From: Gemmatimonadota bacterium
GTDB lineage: Bacteria; Gemmatimonadota; Gemmatimonadetes; Palauibacterales; KS3-K002
DNA length: 15,490 nucleotides
Direction: 5' to 3'
Assembly (NCBI GenBank): GCA_039586795.1
Contig: JBDHJS010000059.1
Location: forward strand, 1 to 15,490
Below, piece after piece: positions 1 through 7,182 of this stretch (its first letter is position 1; each line of letters opens with the position of its first letter). Below the pieces are notes generated by a model. It saw only the letters and a list, made by a program, of their open reading frames with translations. It searched no databases and was not told where the DNA came from. A program made the position numbers and the translations under genes.

Positions 1-2
1 TT

Positions 3-353
3 GCGGGCAGACTTGTGGGTATGCCGGGTCGCGAGGCAGATGACCGAGCCCGCTTGTTGTTGGAGCGTCTCGAGATGGGGCACTTGGCGGCACGGTTTCC
101 AAGAGAGCTGTCCGGCGGAGAAGAGCAGCGGGTGGCCGTCGCCCGGGCTCTGGTACACCGACCGCCCATCGTGTTGGCCGACGAACCGACCGGCAATCTA
201 GATGACCAGGCCGGCCAATCCGTCACTTGCGCCCTTGAAGAGCTCAGCGCGTCGAGCGGGACCGCTGTGATAGTCGCCACCCACGACAGTCGCCTGGCAA
301 CTTTTGCCACGCGACACGTTTGTCTTCAGGATGGACGCGTGGTTGCTGATTGA
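3..353 (+). CDS. ABC transporter ATP-binding protein, LolD/FtsE/MacB-like (C-terminal part; 5' end outside the window)
   Basis: Frame is open from position 3 (AGRLVGMPG...). Contains ABC signature LSGGEEQRVAVARAL, Walker B/D-loop IVLADEPTGNLD and H-switch VATHD. Ends TGA at 351-353, followed in frame by TGA and TAG. Confidence 0.9.
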   Translation, partial: AGRLVGMPGREADDRARLLLERLEMGHLAARFPRELSGGEEQRVAVARALVHRPPIVLADEPTGNLDDQAGQSVTCALEELSASSGTAVIVATHDSRLATFATRHVCLQDGRVVAD

Positions 354-390
354 TGATAGCGCCGGCCCAGCTTCTCATAGGCAGATTGAG

Positions 391-411
391 AGAGCAGGCG
401 GCCTCTGCTCT
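391..411. terminator. Possible terminator hairpin between convergent genes
   Basis: AGAGCAG (391-397) pairs with CTGCTCT (405-411), 7-nt loop. There is only a weak T-rich tail (GTTCGCTTC), so termination is uncertain. Confidence 0.35.
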
Positions 412-450
412 GTTCGCTTCAACCTCCAATCCCGGGGCCCGCTTCGATTC

Positions 451-1713
451 TCAGAAATGACGCGTGAAACCCAGCTGCAGGTAGTGGTCCCGCCTGAAAG
501 CAGAAAGCGGCGGCCCCGAGCCCGCGTTCACGAACGCCCGCGCCTCTAAAGACACACTCCACGAGTCCCCCAGCCGCCGCGCGCCCTCCACGCTGAACAG
601 CAAGGCGCCCGACTCCAGATCGATGATCGCGCCGGTCAACAACTCGCTGCCCTGCACGTCGTTGAAAGCCAACCGCGTGCCCAGGAACAAATCGTTCTGG
701 AACGGTGTCGTCGCTTTGAGCCCCCGGCTGTCGTACAGATATTCGGCCAGAAGCCCCAGGTCGGTGGATGAACCAAAGACACCCACCAGGGTCCGCTCGA
801 AGCCACCGGTGAACGCGATGTAGCGATCGCCGAACCCGCTTCGCGTGATCGCCTCAAGTTTCCACAGCCACGCCTCGCCGGTCATCTGGAGGTCCAAGCC
901 CGTCTGGTTGATCAGCGGATAGAATGGTGCAAGAACGATCTCGCCGCCGCGCTGTTGAGGTACCAGCAGCGGCTCGCGACTCGTGCCGTTGAAGTGCGAG
1001 AGACCAATATCCCACGATCCTATCGTGTGGAACCAACGTATCGCCCAGTCGACGTGATTACGCCCCGCGCCGGACTCGTATATCGCGAAGTCCGGGTCCA
1101 CGAGTGGAAGGAACCGCAACCGCCCGTTAACCCCGGGGAAGGTTCGTTCTCGGAAGAACGGCATGACGAAGAACTCCAGCGTCCCCCAGTCCAGGATGAG
1201 CGCCAGGTTCGCCATCGGCTGGCCTAGCTTTTCTTCGCCGTCAGGGCCTTCCACCAGGTCCGTCTGATTGATGATGTCCACCAGGTGCTGCGACTCGGTG
1301 ACGCCCCAGTACACGGTGCGGAACCCCAGCCGCAGCTCCCACCAATCGCGGATCAGCGTCCAGCTCAATACTCGAAAGTCGAAATGGGTACGGCGTGGGT
1401 CGCTCGGGTCGTAGCGGAAGAAGGGCTCGACTTCGAACAGCTGGTCGCCGTTCGCCCAGTCGACATCATACTCCGCCCGGAGCGCTATCGATGTCCCGTG
1501 CTGCTGCTGTCGTGGGTCGGCGGGCGATTTGGGAAACGCGCGCCCCTGAAGCTCCAACTCCGCCCGCAGACGGCCGGGTATGCGCGCCAGCGCACTCAAT
1601 GGCCCTTGCCCGAACCCTTCGCTCGCCGGCCACAACATGAGAAGGAACGACAGCGCCAGGGTCCGGGTGGCGGCTGCGCGCCGCCACCTCATCGAAATCG
1701 TTCTCGTAAACAT
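451..1713 (-). CDS. Putative outer-membrane beta-barrel protein of MMPL/LolA-like clusters (420 aa)
   Basis: SD AAGGAGG 7 nt before the ATG at 1713. N-terminal signal peptide (RWRR...LALSFLLMLWPASEGFG). Many amphipathic aromatic-rich strands and a C-terminal YLQLGFTRHF ending in Phe (BamA beta-signal-like). Lies 22 nt downstream of the LolA-like module. Confidence 0.8.
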   Translation of the reverse strand: MFTRTISMRWRRAAATRTLALSFLLMLWPASEGFGQGPLSALARIPGRLRAELELQGRAFPKSPADPRQQQHGTSIALRAEYDVDWANGDQLFEVEPFFRYDPSDPRRTHFDFRVLSWTLIRDWWELRLGFRTVYWGVTESQHLVDIINQTDLVEGPDGEEKLGQPMANLALILDWGTLEFFVMPFFRERTFPGVNGRLRFLPLVDPDFAIYESGAGRNHVDWAIRWFHTIGSWDIGLSHFNGTSREPLLVPQQRGGEIVLAPFYPLINQTGLDLQMTGEAWLWKLEAITRSGFGDRYIAFTGGFERTLVGVFGSSTDLGLLAEYLYDSRGLKATTPFQNDLFLGTRLAFNDVQGSELLTGAIIDLESGALLFSVEGARRLGDSWSVSLEARAFVNAGSGPPLSAFRRDHYLQLGFTRHF

Positions 1714-1735
1714 GACACGTCCTCCTTCCGCCAGC

Positions 1736-2680
1736 TCAGCGGGCCCGCTTCAAGCCGTTCTGGTTGAAATCTCGATCCCGGAGCCCGGTGGCAAACTCGT
1801 AACTGTGCCACTGCAGCTCGGTACTCTTGCCGGTCTGGTGGTTGACCATCTCCATTCGATCGGCTCGCCAGTACTGGCCCAGGTACTGCTGGTATCCCAC
1901 GTAAGTGAGCGTCTTCAGCAGGTCGCCCTTGCGGTCGAAGAACTCGATCTTCAGAGGCCGGAAGTGCTCCTTGTCCCGCCAGACGACGACCCTCGAGTAG
2001 CCGGAGTTGTCGTCAACCGGGTCCTGCTCCACGACGTAGGTCTCCACTCCGCCTAGCAGCTCGTCACGCAGGTAGCGGTACGTGTATTCCTCTACTTCCT
2101 GGGACGAGATGTCTTCGTACGAGAACTCGCTCCCCATGAAAGGGCCCGACTTGTTGTTGGTGGCGATGCGCTTCACCCGCTTGAGCGCCGGCAGATAGAT
2201 CCACTGGTCGTCCGACCCGGTGGTGTGGCTCCAACTCAGGAAGGCCGTGCCGGCCACGTCTCCGGGGCGGTCGAAGATGACCAGCGACTTGTCACCGTCG
2301 TCTTCGACTTCCAGCGTCCGCGTCCGCATTTCCCGGCTGCTCTCTTCGCCGTGTCTGTTGCGCAGAATCATCGAGAGCTCGGCGAGGAAGTCGCCGAAGC
2401 CGGTGTCCCGACGATCCGCCTCGACGGCGATCGCCAGGCCCTGCTCTTCGGGTGTGGCGTCAGCCGGAAGCGTCCAGGTCTCCTCGGCCGCCTCGCTGCT
2501 CTCCTCACCGGCGGCCGGCCCCCGCGCCTCCTGTGCGCGGAGCGTTCCCGCCGCGAGAGCGAGGATGACCGCCAACGTCAGGGCCGTGATCCAACGAACT
2601 GTGGTCTTCGAAGTACGCTCGACAGGTACCGTTGCGACCTGCACCTGAGCGGTCGGGTCTGCTTGTCTATTGAAAGTCAT
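1736..2680 (-). CDS. Putative separately translated LolA-like periplasmic carrier from an internal in-frame start (314 aa)
   Basis: Minus strand reads GAGGAGGAAAAGACG-ATG (ATG at 2680), in frame with the fusion. It is followed by a signal-like segment RTSKTTVRWITALTLAVILALAAGTLRA|QEA. Confidence 0.5.
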   Translation of the reverse strand: MTFNRQADPTAQVQVATVPVERTSKTTVRWITALTLAVILALAAGTLRAQEARGPAAGEESSEAAEETWTLPADATPEEQGLAIAVEADRRDTGFGDFLAELSMILRNRHGEESSREMRTRTLEVEDDGDKSLVIFDRPGDVAGTAFLSWSHTTGSDDQWIYLPALKRVKRIATNNKSGPFMGSEFSYEDISSQEVEEYTYRYLRDELLGGVETYVVEQDPVDDNSGYSRVVVWRDKEHFRPLKIEFFDRKGDLLKTLTYVGYQQYLGQYWRADRMEMVNHQTGKSTELQWHSYEFATGLRDRDFNQNGLKRAR

Positions 2681-5026
2681 CGTCTTTTCCTCCTCTATCG
2701 TGCTCGCCTGCGCCCGGCGCGCTGAGGTCAACAGCAGTGACGGCAGCAGCAGGAAATCGGTAACCAGGGCGAAGACGATGGTCATCGCCGTCAATTTCCC
2801 CATCCCCGCGTTCAGGTCGAAGGACGACCCGGCGAGCACCAGGAAACCACCGGCGAGTATGATCGAAGTGAAGAGAAGCGCCGGGCCCACCGTGTTGAAG
2901 GCGTAGCGCACGGCCTCCGCGGCGTCGGCGCCCTTTTCGCGCCGCGCCCGCAGGTACTTGCTGAGGAAGTGAACGGAATCGTCGACCACGATCCCCAGCG
3001 TCATGGCCACGACCGCGGATAGCGCGATGTTGATCTGACCCACCGTGAGGCCCCAGGCTCCAAACGCCAGGGCGGCGGGAGCGATGTTCGGGATCAGGCT
3101 CAACAGCCCGAACTTCAGGCTGCGAAACGCGAACACCAGCGTGATAGAAACCAACACCAGCGCCAGAAAGCTCGCCGTTAACATCCCTTCGATATTTCGC
3201 TTCGAAAGGTGGGCGAACATCACCGAGGGGCCGTTGGCCTTGGCGTGCATCTCAGGTGGCGCGTTCTCCACCAGCCACGCTTCGCCGGCGGCGGCCAGCG
3301 CCCGAATCTCTCTCGTCGAGATGTCGTCGAGTGTCACGACGAAACGTGTGCCAGACTTGTCGACGTTGATCTGATTGTTCAGGTCGAGCCCGTAGGGCAG
3401 CGACATCTCGAACAACAACAGGTACTGCGCCGCCAGGTCTCGCGTCTCCGGCAAGCGATAGGCCGCCGGGTCGTCACCGTGCATGTTCTTGTTCAGCCGC
3501 TTGAACACGTCGGTCAGCGACAGAACGTGCCGCACGTGAGTTTGATCCGAGTACCAATCGGCAAACTCGCCAACTGTCCTCAGGTACTCCGGTTCGCTGA
3601 TCCCGCCGCTCTCCGACGCCCGGAGGTCGAACTCCAGCTGGTATAGACCAGTCAGTCTCTGCGTGGCAAAATCTGTGTGCTGGCGAAACACCACCGAGTT
3701 GTCGAAGTAGTCCACGAAGTCGTCGTTCAGCTCGTTCGTCGGCACCACCGCCGCCAGCGCCAGGGTCGCCAGCGCCGAAGCGACGAGCAGCGGCCGCCGG
3801 TGTCGCGTGACGAAACTGGCGAAGCGATCCGTCCACGCCGTGCTCAGGCTGCGTGTCGCTCGTGCCTTCAGCGGTAACAGCGAGACCAGGGCAGGGAGGG
3901 TGAGCGTCGAGAAGAAGAACGCCGCGATCACGCCCGTAGCCGTCATGTTCCCCAGGTCCCGGAACGGCGGCGAGTCGCTCATGTTCATGCTGAGGAATCC
4001 GATCGCCGTGGTCAGGCTGGTCAGGAACACGGGCAACAGGTTAACACGCAGGCTTTCCACCAACGCGTCCCGCTTGCCGAGGCCCCCGTTCATGCTGTGG
4101 AGTGTCGTCGTGAGAATGTGGATGCTGTCGGCGACGGCCAGCGTCATGATCAATACCGGCGCCGTCGACGACGGCGGCGTGATCGGGATACCCCACCAGC
4201 CGGCCAGGCCCATCGCCGTCGCGGTCGAGACGCCGATAACAAACACCGTCGAAAACGTCGCCGAGCCGGATCGCAGAAGCAGGAAGATCAGGATGATCAT
4301 GCCGAGGTACATGAGCGGCATCAGCTTCGCCATGTCCCTCCGCGCCATCTCGTCGAAGGCATTGTTCAGCATCGCGATCCCGGTGAGCCGGATATCGACG
4401 GCGGGATGCTCCGCCTCGATGCGCTCGGCCAGCTCACGGGCCGCCGCGACGACGGGTGGCAGGGCTTCCGTCGACTCGTCGGGGAGCTGTAGAGTCACGT
4501 TCACACCGGCCACATCACCGCGCTCGGAAACGATGCGGTTCTTGACCAGCGGCTCCGCCAGCGCCACCTGGCGCACCCTTTCCCGCGCCGCGCGGTCCAG
4601 GGCGGCCGCGTCTTCGACCAGGTCGTCGACCACCAGGTCGTCGCCATCCGCTTCGCTGTGTTGGAAGTTCGTTATCCCGTCGACGCGGATGGCGTACGGG
4701 ATCTGCCAGGCGCCGTTCGTCAGGTCTTCCAGGGCCACTAGAGCATCGTGGCTGAAAGCGTCTCCCGATTTGGGCTCGACGACGAACAGGATGTTGTCGT
4801 TCTTGGTGTAGATCTTCTGTAGGGCCTCGAAGGCCAGTAGGTCGGGGTTGTCCTCGCTGAAGAAGACCCTGTAATCGCTGGCGATTCGTAGCTTGCTGGC
4901 ACCGGCACCGGCCGCGAGGGCGACGAGTGCGGAGAGAGCCAGGATTGGCCAGCGCCAGCGCAGGGTCGATCGGGCCCAGCGGGTCGCGAATCCGTCGGTC
5001 AGCTTCTTCGAATCTGCAGTGTCCAT
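1736..5026 (-). CDS. MMPL/RND family transporter fused in frame to an outer-membrane lipoprotein-sorting (LolA-like) domain (1096 aa)
   Basis: Start assigned to ATG 5026 (MDTADSKK; GGAG upstream; lies downstream of the tetR terminator and operator). Two MMPL repeats, each a TM, a periplasmic loop and about 5 TMs, with acidic TM motifs LAVADSIH and LGIVVDDSVHF. C-terminal region has DDQWIYLPALKRVKRI, FMGSEFSYED and KGDLLKTL, typical of LolA-like sorting proteins. Confidence 0.88.
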   Translation of the reverse strand: MDTADSKKLTDGFATRWARSTLRWRWPILALSALVALAAGAGASKLRIASDYRVFFSEDNPDLLAFEALQKIYTKNDNILFVVEPKSGDAFSHDALVALEDLTNGAWQIPYAIRVDGITNFQHSEADGDDLVVDDLVEDAAALDRAARERVRQVALAEPLVKNRIVSERGDVAGVNVTLQLPDESTEALPPVVAAARELAERIEAEHPAVDIRLTGIAMLNNAFDEMARRDMAKLMPLMYLGMIILIFLLLRSGSATFSTVFVIGVSTATAMGLAGWWGIPITPPSSTAPVLIMTLAVADSIHILTTTLHSMNGGLGKRDALVESLRVNLLPVFLTSLTTAIGFLSMNMSDSPPFRDLGNMTATGVIAAFFFSTLTLPALVSLLPLKARATRSLSTAWTDRFASFVTRHRRPLLVASALATLALAAVVPTNELNDDFVDYFDNSVVFRQHTDFATQRLTGLYQLEFDLRASESGGISEPEYLRTVGEFADWYSDQTHVRHVLSLTDVFKRLNKNMHGDDPAAYRLPETRDLAAQYLLLFEMSLPYGLDLNNQINVDKSGTRFVVTLDDISTREIRALAAAGEAWLVENAPPEMHAKANGPSVMFAHLSKRNIEGMLTASFLALVLVSITLVFAFRSLKFGLLSLIPNIAPAALAFGAWGLTVGQINIALSAVVAMTLGIVVDDSVHFLSKYLRARREKGADAAEAVRYAFNTVGPALLFTSIILAGGFLVLAGSSFDLNAGMGKLTAMTIVFALVTDFLLLPSLLLTSARRAQASTIEEEKTMTFNRQADPTAQVQVATVPVERTSKTTVRWITALTLAVILALAAGTLRAQEARGPAAGEESSEAAEETWTLPADATPEEQGLAIAVEADRRDTGFGDFLAELSMILRNRHGEESSREMRTRTLEVEDDGDKSLVIFDRPGDVAGTAFLSWSHTTGSDDQWIYLPALKRVKRIATNNKSGPFMGSEFSYEDISSQEVEEYTYRYLRDELLGGVETYVVEQDPVDDNSGYSRVVVWRDKEHFRPLKIEFFDRKGDLLKTLTYVGYQQYLGQYWRADRMEMVNHQTGKSTELQWHSYEFATGLRDRDFNQNGLKRAR

Positions 5027-5055
5027 GTTCCGGTCTCCGATGGTTGGGGCGTTTG

Positions 5056-5071
5056 GACCGACTAGTCGGTC
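5056..5071. promoter_or_regulatory. TetR operator 1, perfect palindrome GACCGACTAGTCGGTC
   Basis: Perfect 16-bp palindrome 30 nt upstream of the MMPL start. A near-identical copy lies in the tetR promoter. A -35-like TTGACG is at 5085-5080 on the minus strand, but no clear -10 was found. Confidence 0.85.
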
Positions 5072-5083
5072 TAGTTGGACGTC

Positions 5084-5113
5084 AAAAAAAAGAACCCTCT
5101 CGTTCAGGGTGTC
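5084..5113 (-). terminator. Intrinsic terminator overlapping the tetR stop codon
   Basis: Minus strand GA(C)ACCCT-gaacgag-AGGGTTC followed by T8 (A8 at 5084-5091 on the plus strand). Confidence 0.6.
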
Positions 5114-5703
5114 ACCGATTCTTGAGCCAACATCTCTACATAGCGCCTGAAGTTCTCTAATGCCGCCGGCACCCGGGCCCAATCGTCGTGCGCCTTCGCC
5201 AGCACGATCGACCCCTCCAGAGCCGACAGAAAGAATTCCGCTAACTCGAGCGCGCCCGGCGAATCATCCCGATCGTCTTCCACCACGACCGCGAACATCT
5301 CAGCCAGTCGTCCGGCGAGCTTCTCGAAGATCTGGGAGATGCGCTTGCGCATCGTTTCGTTCGTATCCGCCAGCTCCACCGCCATGTTGCCCAGAAGACA
5401 CCCATTTCCCCAGACGTCCTCGGCAATCGCCTGCGCGTGCTCGAGGAACCCGAACAGCCGTTCCCGAGGGTCCTCCAGGCTGACATAACTGCCCGCCTGC
5501 AGTGCTTGGAAACCCTTCTGGCTGTAGGCGTCCAGGGCTGCCAGTCCCAGCTCTTCCTTGCTGCTGAAGAAGTGGTAGAAGCTGCCCTTGCTCACGTCCG
5601 CTTCGGCGCAGATCTCGTCGACCGTCGTAGCCGGATACCCCTTCGCCAACATGAGGCTCAGGGCGGCTTCAATCACTCTGTCTCGGGTGCTCGCTTTAGC
5701 CAT
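5104..5703 (-). CDS. TetR/AcrR family transcriptional regulator (NemR-like, 199 aa)
   Basis: N-terminal HTH TRDRVIEAA...GYPATTVDEICAEADVSKGSFYHFFSSKEEL and C-terminal GCLLGN motif. Start placed at ATG 5703 (MAKAS), with AAGGA upstream. Confidence 0.93.
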   Translation of the reverse strand: MAKASTRDRVIEAALSLMLAKGYPATTVDEICAEADVSKGSFYHFFSSKEELGLAALDAYSQKGFQALQAGSYVSLEDPRERLFGFLEHAQAIAEDVWGNGCLLGNMAVELADTNETMRKRISQIFEKLAGRLAEMFAVVVEDDRDDSPGALELAEFFLSALEGSIVLAKAHDDWARVPAALENFRRYVEMLAQESVTP

Positions 5704-5729
5704 ATCTCTTCGTCCTTTCAACTGCTCAC

Positions 5730-5758
5730 AGAATATACCAACTAGTCGGTATAGTCAA
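5730..5758 (-). promoter_or_regulatory. Sigma70-like tetR promoter with embedded operator 2
   Basis: Minus strand TTGACT (5758-5753), 17-nt spacer, TATTCT (5735-5730). The near-palindrome TATACCAACTAGTCGGTATA (5734-5753, one mismatched pair) fills the spacer. Confidence 0.8.
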
Positions 5759-5995
5759 TACTTTGTTGTAACTTCCCTTCCCGTATATACTTACGGGTAA
5801 GGGGCCACGCCGACGCCGCCCGTCGGGTCGGGAAGCCCCAGCTTGGGATAGCCGATTGTCGGCGCCTTCCTCGGACCCGGCGGCTCGGGATTGCCAACCG
5901 GAGCCCTTCTGCCAACTTTCGCGTACGGAATAACGCTAGAATATGACTTGCTGCCGGGCAAAGACCGCCCCGGTGCGGGATCTAGATATCAGTAT

Positions 5996-7155
5996 ATGAA
6001 GAGAGACTACTACGAAATCCTGGGCGTCCAGCGGAGCGCCGACGGCGACACCATCAAAAAGGCCTATCGCCAGGCGGCGCTGAAGTACCATCCCGACCGC
6101 AACCCCGACGACGCCGAGGCCGAGGCCAAGTTCAAGGAAGCCACGGAGGCTTACGAGGTCCTCCGGGATCAGGAGCTCCGGGGCCTGTACGACCGCTACG
6201 GCCATGACGGGGTGAAGGCCGGCGTCCGTGGCGGCGGCGGAGGGTTCGGCGGCTTCAGCACCTTCGACGAGGCGCTGAACATCTTCATGCGCGAGTTCGG
6301 AGGTTTCGGGTTCGATGACCTGTTCGGCGGCGGCGCCCGGCGGCACGGCGCCCAGATTCGAGGCTCCGACCTCAAGATCCGCGTCAAGCTGGCCCTCGAG
6401 GACGTCGTGACCGGCGTCAAGAAGACCATCAAGATGCCGATTCTCGATACCTGCCCGGACTGCGAAGGCTCCGGCGCCCGCGGCGGCGAACAGTCGACGG
6501 CCTGCTTGCAGTGCGGCGGCAGCGGCGAAATCCAGCAGGTGCAGCGCTCTCTGTTTGGCCAGTTCGTACGCGTCGCGCCATGCTCCAACTGCGGCGGTGA
6601 AGGCCGGGTGATCAAGAACCCGTGCTCCACCTGCCAGGGCGAAGGCCGGCTGCGGCAGCAGAAGTCGCTGGACATCGAGATTCCCCCCGGCGTGGCCACC
6701 GACGATTACCTGACGCTTCGCGGCCAGGGCAACATGGGCCCCCGCGGCGGTCCGCCCGGCGACCTGTTGGCGGTCATCGAAGTCGAGCCCGAGAGCCCGA
6801 TACGCGCTTCACGCGCCGCGGCGCTGATCTCATACACGACCTGCCCATCACGTTTAGCCAGGCCGCCATCGGCTCGACGCTGGAAGTTCCCACGGTGACC
6901 GACGAGGTGAAGGTGAAGGTTCCGTCTGGCGTCCAGACCGGCCACGTCATCCAGCTGCGCGGAAAGGGTCTGCCGCATCTGCGGCGCGGTGGAACCGGCG
7001 ACCTCTACGTTCGCGTCGTCGTCGTCACGCCCCGCAAGCTGAGCGATGAGCAGCGCAAGTTGTTCGAGCAGCTGTCCGAGATCGAAGCGCCGGCGGAAGC
7101 GGGCGAAGACGGCGTCGGGTTCTGGCAGATGATCAAAGAAGCGTTGTTTGATTGA
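5996..7155 (+). pseudogene. dnaJ: Chaperone DnaJ, frameshifted by an 8-bp tandem duplication at 6785-6800 (true lesion or assembly error)
   Basis: [14 protein letters not shown] motif, G/F region and four CxxCxGxG repeats in frame 5996-6898. The C-terminal domain ([11 protein letters not shown]...GDLYVRVVVVTP...GFWQMIKEALFD) is in another frame ending 7155. Removing one GAGCCCGA gives 1152 nt, a 383-aa intact DnaJ. Confidence 0.93.
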
Positions 7156-7182
7156 TTCGTAGTTCGAGAATAGGAATCGAGT

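Noticed and set aside
351..359. Triple in-frame stop TGA-TGA-TAG
   Set aside because: Real, but tandem stops are common and uninformative alone.
3807..4811. 334-aa plus-strand ORF antisense to MMPL
   Set aside because: Codon-register shadow of a high-GC gene, with no recognisable motifs.
5027..5182. N-terminal 52-aa extension of the MMPL ORF (start 5182 in the ORF track)
   Set aside because: It overlaps the tetR 3' end, terminator and operator. ATG 5026 has an SD and sits just before the first TM.
5884..5916. TTGGCA motifs on the minus strand as sigma54 -24 elements
   Set aside because: No correctly spaced TTGC/-12 element follows either copy.
5891..5995. TTG-start extension of dnaJ
   Set aside because: DnaJ homology begins at MKRDYY (5996); the upstream residues are not DnaJ-like.
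6622..7155. 177-aa ORF as an independent gene
   Set aside because: Only the part after about 6793 is meaningful, and it is the out-of-frame DnaJ C-terminus.
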